Below are positions 39,192-48,406 of a DNA stretch of 64,000 bases, in pieces. The number at the start of each line of letters is the position of its first letter. The first letter of the stretch is position 1. The position numbers were made by a program, and so were the translations under genes. Under the pieces are notes generated by a model. It was not told the origin of the DNA. It saw only the letters and a program-made list of their open reading frames with translations, and did not search any database. This DNA is from Planctomycetota bacterium (GTDB taxonomy: Bacteria > Planctomycetota > J058), in contig JAWKSZ010000023.1 of NCBI GenBank assembly GCA_041402045.1, positions 32,837-96,836 on the forward strand. Direction: 5' to 3'.

Positions 39192-39980
39192 ATGTACGGG
39201 GCCGCCGGAACCTGGACAAACGAAGCGGGGTCCGGCACCCTGAGCCCCATGGACGAACCCGCCGCTCACGGTCGCCAGCGCCTCAAGGGCGCCTTCCTCG
39301 CCGCCGCTGCGGTGAGCCTGCTCCTGAACCTCGTGCCCTTCGGGCGCTACGCGCTCTACCCCTTCGGGCTCCTGGCCACCTGGGCCCACGAAATGGGACA
39401 CGGACTCTCCGCGCTCTGCCTCGGGGGCGAGTTCCGTCAGCTCGTGCTGTTCTCGAACCTCGGCGGCTACGCGACCCACACCGCCACGGGCTTCCTGCGC
39501 TCGCCCCTGGTCGCCATGGGCGGACTCCTGGGGCCCGCGGTCGCCGGCGCGGCGGTGATCGTGTGCAGCGCGCGCTCCGAGCGCGCGGCCCGGCTGACCC
39601 TGGGCCTGGTCGTGGGCGCGATCGCGCTCTCGGTGCTGGTGTGGATCCGGCCGCTGTTCGGCTTCGGCTTCGTGGGCATGCTCCTGATCGCGGTCGCCCT
39701 GGGCGCGGTCGCGCTCAGGGGGCACGAGCTCCTGGAGCTGTTCATGACCCAGTTGATCGGGATCCAGCTCTGCCTGGGGAGCCTCAGCAGCTTCGACTAC
39801 ATGTTCACCCGCGACTTCATGCGGGACGGTCAGCGGCTGGAGTCGGACACCCAGGCGATCGCCAACCACTGGCTGCTGCCCTACTGGCTGTGGGGGGCCC
39901 TGATCGCCGCCGCCTCGCTGGCGATCCTGTTGGGCGCCTTCTACCTGGCCTGGGTCCGCCCCGAGCGCAAGCGCGCCTGA
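39192..39980 (+). CDS. polytopic membrane protein with HExxH motif (putative intramembrane zinc metalloprotease)
   Basis: 262 aa. TWAHEMGHGLSA inside a hydrophobic segment, ~6 TM helices. An alternative ATG at 39249. Confidence 0.65.
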   Translation: MYGAAGTWTNEAGSGTLSPMDEPAAHGRQRLKGAFLAAAAVSLLLNLVPFGRYALYPFGLLATWAHEMGHGLSALCLGGEFRQLVLFSNLGGYATHTATGFLRSPLVAMGGLLGPAVAGAAVIVCSARSERAARLTLGLVVGAIALSVLVWIRPLFGFGFVGMLLIAVALGAVALRGHELLELFMTQLIGIQLCLGSLSSFDYMFTRDFMRDGQRLESDTQAIANHWLLPYWLWGALIAAASLAILLGAFYLAWVRPERKRA

Positions 39981-39989
39981 GCGCCGGAG

Positions 39990-40286
39990 CTACTCCTCGA
40001 CGAAGTCGCCGGTGTGGTCGGCGGTGCCCAGCTCCGCGTTGAAGGCCGCCACGAGCTTGGCGAGGGCCTCCTGCTGGTCGACCTTGTGGGCGTGGCGCAG
40101 GGCCCGGGCGATGTGCTGGGCCACGTCGGCCAGGAGCGTGCCCCAGGCCGCCTCGGCGTCCTGTCCGGGGCCCCACTGGCCCACGTCGAAGCTGCAGTGC
40201 AGGCGGCGCTCCGCGATGAACGCGCAGAGCATCTCCCGCGAGTGGGGGTCGGAGATCGCGGGGGCGGGCACGGTCAGGCGCTTCAT
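39990..40286 (-). CDS. hypothetical small protein
   Basis: 98-aa ORF downstream of, and co-directional with, the ALDH gene. Called on composition only. Confidence 0.4.
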   Translation of the reverse strand: MKRLTVPAPAISDPHSREMLCAFIAERRLHCSFDVGQWGPGQDAEAAWGTLLADVAQHIARALRHAHKVDQQEALAKLVAAFNAELGTADHTGDFVEE

Positions 40287-40316
40287 TCGGGCTCCTTGCT
40301 CAGCTCGGCGGGGATC

Positions 40317-41921
40317 CTACCCCGACTCGCCGCGGACCACGCGGGACGCGTCGGTGTCCTTGAGCTGCTCGAACAGGGCGCGCTGCGGGCCCACGTCGCT
40401 GGCCGCGACCACCAGCGGGATCGAGAACACCTCCAGGGCCTCGGTCACCGAGAGCGTCTGGATCGCGGAGTTCTTGCGCCCGGCGAAGGGGAAGGTGTCG
40501 GGGCCGCGCTGACACTGGCGGTTCACGTTGATCCGGCACACCTGGTTCGCCAGCGCGTCCACCGTGGTCCCGACCTCGTCCGGGTCCTCGCCGAACACGC
40601 TCACCTGCTGCCCGTAGGAGCTGGCGGAGATCGCCTCCCACACCTCCGACGGGTCGTCGAAGGGCACCACGGGGACCAGGGGCCCGAACTGCTCCAGGTC
40701 GTAGAGCACGGCGTGCTCGGCGACCGGGTAGAGCACCGCCGGGAAGTAGAAGGTCTCGAGGTGCTGCCCGCCGCGGGCGTTGACCACCCGCGCGCCCTTG
40801 CGCACCGCGTCCTGGACCATGGCGTCCAGGGTCTGGGCCTTGTGGGGCTCTGGCAGCGGGGTCAGGGAGACCCCGGACTGCCACATCAGCCCTGGCACCA
40901 GCGCGTCGACCTGGGCCGCCAGGCGCTCCACGAAGGCGTCGGCCAGGCTGCGGTGCACGAAGATCAACTTGAGCGCGGTGCAGCGCTGCCCGTTGAAGCT
41001 CAACGAGCCCTGGAGCACCTGGTCGACGGCCAGGTCCAGGTTCGCGCTCTCGAGCACGATCGCCGGGTTCTTGGCGTCCATGCCCAGCACGCTGTGCAGG
41101 CGATAGGGCGCCGGGTGCTGCTTCTCGATGATCCCCGCCACGCGGCTCGAGCCAATGAACGCGAACACGTCGATCAGCCCGGACTGCATCAGCGGACCCA
41201 CGAGGGTCGCGCCGTCGCCCTGGAGCACGTTGACCACCCCGGGCGGGAAGCAGGCGGCGAAGTCCTCGAGCAGGGGCAGGTTCGAGAGTTGGCCGAACTT
41301 GGGGAGCTTGACCACCGCGGTGTTGCCCATGAGCAGCGCCGGGATCAGGGTCGTGAAGTTCTCGTTCAGGGGGTAGTTGAAGGGCCCCATGCACAGGCAC
41401 ACCCCGATCGGGCTGCGCCGAACCTGGGCCACCACGCCGCCCTCGCAGCGCATGTCGCCCTCGGTGTAGGGCGAGATCGCGGCCAGGGTGTCGTCGATGT
41501 ACTCCAGGGTGCGGTCGAACTCCTTGCGCGCGTCGCCGAGGGTCTTGCCGATCTCCCACATCAGCAGACGCACGACCTCGTCGCGCTTGGTGCGCATGCG
41601 CGCGGCGAAGGCGCGCACCGCCTCCGCGCGCTGAGCCAGGCGCATGCGCGGCCACTCCCCGCGGCCGCGATCCCAGGCGGCGCAGGCCGCGGCGAGCGCC
41701 GCCCGCGCGCAGTCGGCGTCGAGCTCGGCGGCGTGGCCGATCACGCGCCGGGTCAGTCCGCCCTCGCCGTCGGGTTCGCACACGACGGAGAGCACGGGGG
41801 TCGTGGGACCGTCCCAGCGCTTGATCTCGCCCCCGATCAGGTAGGCGTCGGCCAGCTCGTAGTCCGGCTGCTCGAACTCGGGCGGGATCGGGCCGGCGAA
41901 GATCGCGTCCAGCTCGCTCAT
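40317..41921 (-). CDS. aldehyde dehydrogenase family protein
   Basis: ~534 aa from ATG 41921. ALDH-like catalytic region (…NGQRCTALK…). The ORF track start at 41975 is also possible. Confidence 0.85.
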   Translation of the reverse strand: MSELDAIFAGPIPPEFEQPDYELADAYLIGGEIKRWDGPTTPVLSVVCEPDGEGGLTRRVIGHAAELDADCARAALAAACAAWDRGRGEWPRMRLAQRAEAVRAFAARMRTKRDEVVRLLMWEIGKTLGDARKEFDRTLEYIDDTLAAISPYTEGDMRCEGGVVAQVRRSPIGVCLCMGPFNYPLNENFTTLIPALLMGNTAVVKLPKFGQLSNLPLLEDFAACFPPGVVNVLQGDGATLVGPLMQSGLIDVFAFIGSSRVAGIIEKQHPAPYRLHSVLGMDAKNPAIVLESANLDLAVDQVLQGSLSFNGQRCTALKLIFVHRSLADAFVERLAAQVDALVPGLMWQSGVSLTPLPEPHKAQTLDAMVQDAVRKGARVVNARGGQHLETFYFPAVLYPVAEHAVLYDLEQFGPLVPVVPFDDPSEVWEAISASSYGQQVSVFGEDPDEVGTTVDALANQVCRINVNRQCQRGPDTFPFAGRKNSAIQTLSVTEALEVFSIPLVVAASDVGPQRALFEQLKDTDASRVVRGESG

Positions 41922-42057
41922 GAACCCACGTCCTGTGGCTGCTTTCCTCGGGCGGCAGCCGCCGAGTCGAGCCACGCCTCCGACGGGCGACCCGACCCCC
42001 CGACTACCCCCGTGCAGAGGGTAGCGCCGCTCGAGGAACTTGCACGGCCCAGCGGAG

Positions 42058-44091
42058 TCAGGCGTGCACGAACTCGGCCCGGGAGCGCGGGCCCTTGGTG
42101 AGGAAGTTCGTGATCCCGATCCGCATGTCCTGGGTGCGGACCACGTCGGCGAACAGCTCCGCCTCGTGCTTCAGCCCGTCGGCCAGCGGCAGGCGCGCGC
42201 CCTCGAGGATCGCGCGCTGAATGATCGCGTCGATCGCCGTGCTCAGGTGCCCGAGCTCGACCGCCGGGAGCGTCGCCGGGACGTCCTGCAGGGGCCCCTG
42301 CTCGATCGGGGTCAGGGTCTCCTTGCCCGCCGCGACGTCCTTGACCAGCCGCACCGCGGCGGCGACCAGGTCGCCCTCGACCTCGTCGCGCACGAGGCCC
42401 AGCTCCTTGGCCTGGGCGCTCGAGATCGGGCGCCCGTCGCGCAGGATCTTGGCGGCCGGCTCGATCCCGATCAGGCGGGGCAGGCGCTGGGTGCCGCCGG
42501 CCCCGGGAATGATCCCCAGGTTCGGCTCGGGCTGACCCACGAAGGTGCGCAGCCCTTGCTTGCAGAGGCGGGCGTGGCAGGCCATGGCCAGCTCGTTGCC
42601 GCCGCCGAAGGCCAGGCCGTTCATGGCGCACACCACCGGCTTGCGCATGGCCTCGATCCGGTTCAGCGGGCGTTGGCTGTTGAGCGAGGTCTGGACCCCC
42701 TGCTCGGGGGTCTCGATCTTGGCCAGGAAGCCCACGTCGGCCCCGCTCACGAAGGCCTTGGTCCCGAACCCGGTGAGCACCGCGCCGACCACCGAGCTGT
42801 CGGCGTCGATCGCCTCGGCGTGGGCCTCGAGCTGGGCGAAGACCTCGGCGTTGAGCGCGTTCAGCACCTTGGGCCGGCGGATCGTGAGCACCGCCACGCC
42901 GTCCACGTCCTCGCGCACGACGTAGGGGATCTCCCAGGGCTCGCCGGACGCGGCCTGCTCCTGCAGGCAGCGGGCCAGGGGGAACTCGGCGAAGGCGGTG
43001 TGGCTCTGGCGCAGGGCTTCCACCAGCTGCAGGGCCTCGGCCACGCCGTAGGCGTTCATGCTGGCGAAGGGCGGATCGATCACGAGCCCGATCTCGACCG
43101 CCATGTCCAGGTCGCCCACGGTCGTGATCCCGGAGTCGATCACCTCGCAGGACAGGCCCCAGAAGGTGGCGCGCAGCGCGTCACCCACGGTCTTCTTGGT
43201 CGCGGGGTCGACCTCCACGGTCTCGCCGCGGGCGGGGGTCTCCCAGTCGGCGTTCTGGGCGACCTTCTCCTTGAGCGAGGCCGGGGGCTGGAACCAGGGG
43301 TTCACCCGGGTGTGCAGGAGCTCGAGGCCGTGGCAGGTGATCGGGTTGCCGCCGGTGAGGTTGTGGGCGGTGAAGGGGCCCACGCCGAGGCCCAGGACCT
43401 CGCGGGCCACGGTGTCGATCTGCTTGCTGGTCGCGACGCCGTGCTCCTGGAGCAGCGCCGCGGTCTGCAGCAGGCCCTCGAACAGGGGGTCGATCGCGTA
43501 GCCGTAGCGGCTGCCGACCTGGATCGGGACCTTGCCGATCTCGGTGTAGAACGCGAGCAGCCAGGCGGCGACCTCGGGGTCCGTCTCCTCGCCGGGCACG
43601 ACCTCCAGGGCGCGGTTGCGCTCCGCGGGGAAGAAGTAGTGCACCACGCCGGTGCGCGCCTTGTCCGCCAGGGGCTCGAAGATCACCTCGGGCTCGAGGT
43701 GGCTGGAGTTGCTCAGGAGCAGCGCGTCCGGCGCGCAGATCTGGGCGAGCTGGCTGAAGATCTTGCCCTTGATCGCCTCGTTCTCGGTGGCGGCCTCGAC
43801 CACGAGGTTCGCCCCGCGCAGCGCGTCGTAGTCGCTGGTGAACTGCACGCAGCCGGTGATCGCCTCGCCCTCGGCGGGCTTGAACGCCCCGCCCTCGACG
43901 CCGCGCTGGACCTTCTTCTCCAGGCGCGCCTTGCCCTGGGCGAGGGCCTCGTCGCTGATGTCGACCACGATCACCGAGACCTGGTGCGGGGCCATGACCT
44001 TGGCGAAGTGCAGGGCGATGTCCGGGCCGATCTGGCCCGAGCCGATCACGCCCACGGTGTTCAGGGTGCGTCCGCGGAAGGTGTAGCTCAT
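42058..44091 (-). CDS. bifunctional 3-hydroxyacyl-CoA dehydrogenase / enoyl-CoA hydratase (FadB-like, reversed domain order)
   Basis: 677 aa. N-terminal NAD-binding GVIGSGQIG. C-terminal crotonase fold (…AMNGLAFGGGNELAMACH…). RBS GAGGAGA. Confidence 0.9.
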   Translation of the reverse strand: MSYTFRGRTLNTVGVIGSGQIGPDIALHFAKVMAPHQVSVIVVDISDEALAQGKARLEKKVQRGVEGGAFKPAEGEAITGCVQFTSDYDALRGANLVVEAATENEAIKGKIFSQLAQICAPDALLLSNSSHLEPEVIFEPLADKARTGVVHYFFPAERNRALEVVPGEETDPEVAAWLLAFYTEIGKVPIQVGSRYGYAIDPLFEGLLQTAALLQEHGVATSKQIDTVAREVLGLGVGPFTAHNLTGGNPITCHGLELLHTRVNPWFQPPASLKEKVAQNADWETPARGETVEVDPATKKTVGDALRATFWGLSCEVIDSGITTVGDLDMAVEIGLVIDPPFASMNAYGVAEALQLVEALRQSHTAFAEFPLARCLQEQAASGEPWEIPYVVREDVDGVAVLTIRRPKVLNALNAEVFAQLEAHAEAIDADSSVVGAVLTGFGTKAFVSGADVGFLAKIETPEQGVQTSLNSQRPLNRIEAMRKPVVCAMNGLAFGGGNELAMACHARLCKQGLRTFVGQPEPNLGIIPGAGGTQRLPRLIGIEPAAKILRDGRPISSAQAKELGLVRDEVEGDLVAAAVRLVKDVAAGKETLTPIEQGPLQDVPATLPAVELGHLSTAIDAIIQRAILEGARLPLADGLKHEAELFADVVRTQDMRIGITNFLTKGPRSRAEFVHA

Positions 44092-44161
44092 AAGGTCTCC
44101 TCGAGGCGGCCGTTCTACCGCGTCGGCGCTCCAGTCGCCAGGCGCGGAGCCGGGCGGAGCC

Positions 44162-44178
44162 TATAATCCAGCCGCATG
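44162..44178 (+). promoter_or_regulatory. perfect TATAAT -10 box 9 nt upstream of the channel ATG (possible leaderless transcript)
   Basis: cctataatccagccgcATG. No convincing -35 or SD sequence. Confidence 0.35.
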
Positions 44179-45684
44179 ACGGAGCTCCCCCCGGTCCAGC
44201 GCTTCACCAAGCCGGCCCCCGCGCCGCCGACGACCAAGGATCGGCTGGGCGCCTTCGTCTACAGCCCGGGCGTGAGCCTCCTGATCGTGGCCCTGATCCT
44301 GGTCTCGGTGAGCCTCGTGTTCCTCCAGGTGCTGCTCCCGCCGCACCACCCCTGGCAGCACCCGAGCGAGATCGTGCAGCTCGCGATCACGTGCGTGTTC
44401 CTGCTCGAGCTGGGGGTCAAGGCCTACGTGGCCCAGTCCCGCTACCAGTTCCTGACCCACTACTGGATCGACCTGATCGCGGTGATCCCCTGGGTCCAGA
44501 GCCTGCGCGTGCTCAGGATCCTCAGGATCCTGCGCGTGTTCCGGGTGGCGATCATCCTCTCGCGGCGCGTGCGCTGGGTGTCCCTGCTCCTGCGCTCCGC
44601 CGTCGGCGAATACGTGGTGCTGGGCCTGATCCTGGCGGTGTTCGTGGTCACCGGCTCGGTGGCGCTCTACCACGCGGAGAGCGAGGCCCGGGTCGCCGCT
44701 GCGGGCCCGGTGGACCCCGGCGAGCAGCAGCTCAGCGAGCCCGAGAACGCGTTCTGGGCCACGCTGTTCTTCCTGGTGGCCACCGAGCCCATGGTCTCCG
44801 CGCCCAAGACGACCATCGGCAAGCTCGTGACCCTGGTGATCATGTTCGGCGGGCTGACCACCTTCGCCGTGTTCACCGGTATCGTGACCGCGCTGATGGT
44901 GAACCGGCTCAAGCGCCGGCTGGAGATCAACGAAATGGACCGCTTCCAGCTCACCAAGCACCTCCTGATCTGCGGCTGGAACAACCAGGTCCCGCTGGTG
45001 ATCGAGGAGATCCTGCACGCGCACCACTCCCGCGGGCTGGCGGTGGTCGTGATCGCGGACCTGGCGGAGGCGCCCCAGGAGATCCAGTCCCAGGGCGACA
45101 CCGGCCGGGTGTTCTTCCTGCCCGGGGACTACACCAAGCCCGAGATCCTCGACCAGGCCCGGGTGCGCTACGCCGAGCGGGCGCTGGTGGTCGCCGACTC
45201 GACCAAGCCCCGCAGCGACCAGGACCGGGACGCGCGCACCGTGCTCGCGGCCCTCATGATCGAGCGCATGAACCCCGAGATCTACACCGCCGCCGAGCTG
45301 CTCAACCGCGACAACGAGCAGCACCTGCGCGCGGCCGGGATCGAGGAGGTGATCATGACGTCCGAGGCCGGCGGGCACCACATGGCCATGGCGGCGCTGC
45401 ACTCGGGGCTGTCCCAGGTCGTGGGCGAGCTGCTCACGGTCAAGATCGGCCAGGGCCTGCACAAGTTCCCCGCGCCCAAGGAATACGTCGGCCTGCCCTT
45501 CTCCCACGCCCTCGAACAGTGCAAGCGCGAGCGCGACGCGCTCCTGATCGGGATCGAGGTCCTGGGCCAGGACGGGCCCCGCACCGAGGGCTACGCCATG
45601 CTCGTGAACCCCGACCTGACCGTGGTGGTGGGGGAGCGGGACAACCTGATCCTGATCGCGACCACCGCGCAGCCGCTGCGCTGA
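44176..45684 (+). CDS. voltage-gated K+ channel-like protein with C-terminal RCK/TrkA-N domain
   Basis: 502 aa. S4-like LRVLRILRILRVFR, pore region, and an RCK fold (LICGWNNQVPLVIEE...). Confidence 0.85.
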   Translation: MTELPPVQRFTKPAPAPPTTKDRLGAFVYSPGVSLLIVALILVSVSLVFLQVLLPPHHPWQHPSEIVQLAITCVFLLELGVKAYVAQSRYQFLTHYWIDLIAVIPWVQSLRVLRILRILRVFRVAIILSRRVRWVSLLLRSAVGEYVVLGLILAVFVVTGSVALYHAESEARVAAAGPVDPGEQQLSEPENAFWATLFFLVATEPMVSAPKTTIGKLVTLVIMFGGLTTFAVFTGIVTALMVNRLKRRLEINEMDRFQLTKHLLICGWNNQVPLVIEEILHAHHSRGLAVVVIADLAEAPQEIQSQGDTGRVFFLPGDYTKPEILDQARVRYAERALVVADSTKPRSDQDRDARTVLAALMIERMNPEIYTAAELLNRDNEQHLRAAGIEEVIMTSEAGGHHMAMAALHSGLSQVVGELLTVKIGQGLHKFPAPKEYVGLPFSHALEQCKRERDALLIGIEVLGQDGPRTEGYAMLVNPDLTVVVGERDNLILIATTAQPLR

Positions 45685-45695
45685 AGGAGCCTCCC

Positions 45696-46112
45696 GTGAC
45701 CGGCCTCCCCCCCGACGACCCTCGCCGCGAGCTGTTCGGCAAGCACGGCTTCGACGCTGCGCTGCCCGGCATGACCCTGGGCGAGGTCGGCGCGACCAGC
45801 GCCGAGGTGACCCTCGAGGTCAGCGAGCAGGTGGCGAACATGGTCGGCACGCTCCACGGCGGCGCGATCGCGACCCTGGTCGACGTCGCCGGCACGATCG
45901 CGATCATGGCTGCCGATCAGGCCCACCGCCCGGGTGTGACCACCGACCTCAACGTGAGCTACTTCGCCGCGGGGCGCCTGGGGGACACGGTCACCGCCCG
46001 GGCGCAGGTCCTCAAGAGCGGCAAGACCCTGGCCTTCGTGAGCGTGGACCTCACCAACCCCCAGGGCGCGCTCCTGGCCCAGGGGCGCATGACCAAGTTC
46101 ATGGGCAGGTAA
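45696..46112 (+). CDS. PaaI/hotdog-fold thioesterase
   Basis: 138 aa. MVGTLHGGAIATLVDVAG...TDLNVSYF. AAGGAG 6 nt upstream of the GTG. Immediately follows the channel gene. Confidence 0.8.
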   Translation: MTGLPPDDPRRELFGKHGFDAALPGMTLGEVGATSAEVTLEVSEQVANMVGTLHGGAIATLVDVAGTIAIMAADQAHRPGVTTDLNVSYFAAGRLGDTVTARAQVLKSGKTLAFVSVDLTNPQGALLAQGRMTKFMGR

Positions 46113-46177
46113 GGCTTCCAGAGCTTTGGGTCGTCCGTTGACGGCCTCCGCCCCCGCGGCTAGCATTGGGCCCACAC

Positions 46178-46250
46178 GCAGCCATAGCTCAGTTGGTTAG
46201 AGCGCCTGATTGTGGATCAGGAGGTCGCCGGTTCGAATCCAGCTGGCTGT
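46178..46250 (+). tRNA. tRNA-His (anticodon GTG), atypical acceptor end
   Basis: Manual cloverleaf: acceptor GCAGCCA/TGGCTGT (G1-U72), D arm GCTC/GAGC, anticodon stem CCTGA/TCAGG with loop TTGTGGA, T arm GCCGG-TTCGAAT-CCAGC (one C-A mismatch). Discriminator A73. Base -1 is C. No encoded CCA. Confidence 0.75.
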
Positions 46251-46255
46251 ATGCG

Positions 46256-46290
46256 ACGAAGCCCGCCCCCGTGGCGGGCTTCGTTCGTTC
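46256..46290 (+). terminator. hairpin plus T-rich tract downstream of tRNA-His
   Basis: gaagcccgcc-cccgt-ggcgggcttc followed by gttcgttcc. Confidence 0.5.
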
Positions 46291-46296
46291 CGGAGG
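46261..46296 (+). repeat. 36-bp direct repeat, left copy (att-like)
   Basis: gcccgcccccgtggcgggcttcgttcgttccggagg, identical to 51068-51103. Confidence 0.85.
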
Positions 46297-46439
46297 GACG
46301 GGAGAATCACTGACCTGGTGCCCGGTGGCCCCCCTACGAGCCCCCGGATTGGCGCAACCCTGGCCGGCACGGCCAGCGGGCCCGCCACACCTGGCACAAG
46401 CGTCACTGATCGCGCACTCTCCAGGTCAAGAGGCTGCCA

Positions 46440-47441
46440 ATGAGTGATTCCGACCAGGGCGGTGCGAAGGAAGAGACCGTGGACCCCTTGGACGCCCTCT
46501 ACAAGACGGTCGAGGAAGCGGCGGAGTTCGCCGAGGGGGGAAGTGACGGAATATCAATCGAGGTGTTCTATCACCGGAACGCCGCCGACCCGTTGGCTGT
46601 GCTGAACAAAGAAGCCACGGGGGCTGCGAAGCTCGCTGATCCGACAATCACCGCACGGCGCTCGCACGGCGCTTTCCTGGCGGTATCGGTTCTGGCGTGT
46701 TTGGCGATCTTGTGGTGGGGCTATCAGGTCTACTCTTCTTCGCTGAAGGCCTGGAAGGCAACCGCCGCCTCCGACGCGGACGCCCCCCGCGCCGCCGGCC
46801 CCGACGCACAATCTCACGAAAGTCACTCTGAACCTTCAGCCCGACCCATCGCTGACTACGGGGCGTTTGGAGATAGCCTTGCACCAATCGCGGTGTTTGG
46901 CGCGGTTCTCGCCGTCCTGCTCTCTACGTTCAGCAGCTACCTGCAATCCCGTGACCTCATCGCTCAGCTCGACGAGATGACCGAGTCGAGGAAGTCGCAG
47001 TCCGACATGGTTCGAGTTCAGGCGATCCAGATCGCAATAAGCCAGATCGACCTCCTGTGGAGCCGGGTTGCGCCATACGTTGAGGACGCAAAGGTCCGGG
47101 CCGAGCGCGTTGCCAGGATGGAGTGGTGGCTCGCCGAGAAGGTGGACTTCCTGGATCCAGAAGTGGCGGGAAAGTTCAAGGAGATGTCGGAGGGAGTGAA
47201 GAGCCAGCTCGACCTCTGCAAGAGGGTAGAGGGAGAACTAACGCTGGCGCGCGTTTCTTGCCTGAACCCTGCTCCTATCTGGAGCAAGCGGTTCCTAGCT
47301 CTTCAGCAGACTGTGGCTACCTTCGCGATCCAGATACGGAAGATTGAGCACGACTTCGAGATACTGCAAGTGTTCGGATCGATAGATTTCATTCCCGTCC
47401 AGGAGGACATTGGTCCACTTACGGGACGCCTCTCCGCCTAG
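46440..47441 (+). CDS. hypothetical membrane protein (two TM helices)
   Basis: 333 aa. AAGAGG 6 nt upstream of the ATG. Lower-GC codon usage. Confidence 0.6.
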   Translation: MSDSDQGGAKEETVDPLDALYKTVEEAAEFAEGGSDGISIEVFYHRNAADPLAVLNKEATGAAKLADPTITARRSHGAFLAVSVLACLAILWWGYQVYSSSLKAWKATAASDADAPRAAGPDAQSHESHSEPSARPIADYGAFGDSLAPIAVFGAVLAVLLSTFSSYLQSRDLIAQLDEMTESRKSQSDMVRVQAIQIAISQIDLLWSRVAPYVEDAKVRAERVARMEWWLAEKVDFLDPEVAGKFKEMSEGVKSQLDLCKRVEGELTLARVSCLNPAPIWSKRFLALQQTVATFAIQIRKIEHDFEILQVFGSIDFIPVQEDIGPLTGRLSA

Positions 47442-47848
47442 GCAGACGCCGCTCGGCGCGCTACTAACACCGGATTCAGGGTAGTGAAGGCATGGAGCAG
47501 CTCGTTAACTTGACTCGGCGATCGGCTGACAGAATTCGCCGTAAGTCCCTTTGTGGAAGTCGCCGGATCAACCAACGACTTGCACCGCTCGACGACATGC
47601 ACCATCGCTCAAGTTGATCTCTGCGCACCTGGAGCGGATCGCTGAGGTGCAGGAAGTCAAGTTGCGGTAGCTGCGTGCGAAGGCGTCCCCGAGGGATCAA
47701 GGTCACTCTAGGGCGCGGATCAGCGCCAGCTCCGAGCCCGCCTTCTTCCACAGCTTGAACAGCAGGCGGCGCAGTTCGGCCTCCAGGCAGTCCTGGTGCA
47801 CCCAGCCGACGCTCTCGGCCATGCCTGAGCGCTGTTTCTGATTCGCGA

Positions 47849-48157
47849 TCACGCCGCGCGCTGCGCAAGCCTGTCTGGGCGGTCCGCAGCCTGACCCGCG
47901 GGGGGTAGAGAGCAACTCGAGCATTTGCGCGCTCGACAGCGAGTTCTGCGCAGGGGTGGCCTGAGGCGCCGGCGCGGGCGTGAGTCGCGCTTCTGGCGGC
48001 GGCCGCGCAGGGGGGCGCCCACCCTGTGGAGCCGCTGAACCTCCGTTGCTGGAACCCAGACCCTGCTCCCAGGCCGCGACACCGCCAGGTCCCCCCGGGA
48101 GATCAGCTCTCTGACATGTCGGATGCTGACCCGCATGCGCTCGGCGAACTCGCTCAT
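47849..48157 (-). CDS. AlpA/Xis-like helix-turn-helix DNA-binding protein (excisionase family) with basic tail
   Basis: N-terminal MSEFAERMRVSIRHVRELISRGDLAVSRPGSRVWVPATEVQRL matches the excisionase/HTH_17 pattern. The remainder is R-rich. Confidence 0.5.
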   Translation of the reverse strand: MSEFAERMRVSIRHVRELISRGDLAVSRPGSRVWVPATEVQRLHRVGAPLRGRRQKRDSRPRRRLRPPLRRTRCRARKCSSCSLPPAGQAADRPDRLAQRAA

Positions 48158-48406
48158 GGTCAGATAGCCCGGCGGTGAACTTGCCTTGGCGACCGCGTGT
48201 CTTACAGACTCGCCAAGCGCTGTGAGCCGACGATCAAGCCGCTCCTCAAGGCGGCCGAAGCGCTCGCTGAGGAGACGTGCTCGGGGGAATGAGTAGAGTC
48301 GGGGCTAGCCATGGGGCCTCCTGAAGAGGTCCTGGTCAGGGCCGAAGAAGGTGTTCCAGCACCAACCTCGGCCCGCCCCGTTGTCGCGGATTCCGAGTCG
48401 GCCGGG

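Noticed and set aside
37419-39869. 816-aa minus-strand ORF across the MglA cluster
   Set aside because: It is a shadow ORF opposite four well-supported plus-strand genes, with H/R/G/E-rich composition and no domains.
40014-42101. 695-aa plus-strand ORF
   Set aside because: It is the antisense shadow of the aldehyde dehydrogenase gene.
46297-47870. Integrase or recombinase gene within the tRNA-associated islet
   Set aside because: No ORF in any frame shows tyrosine-recombinase (R...HxxR...Y) or serine-recombinase motifs. The 73-aa and 130-aa minus-strand ORFs near 47476-47924 are low-complexity. The islet therefore appears to lack its own recombinase.
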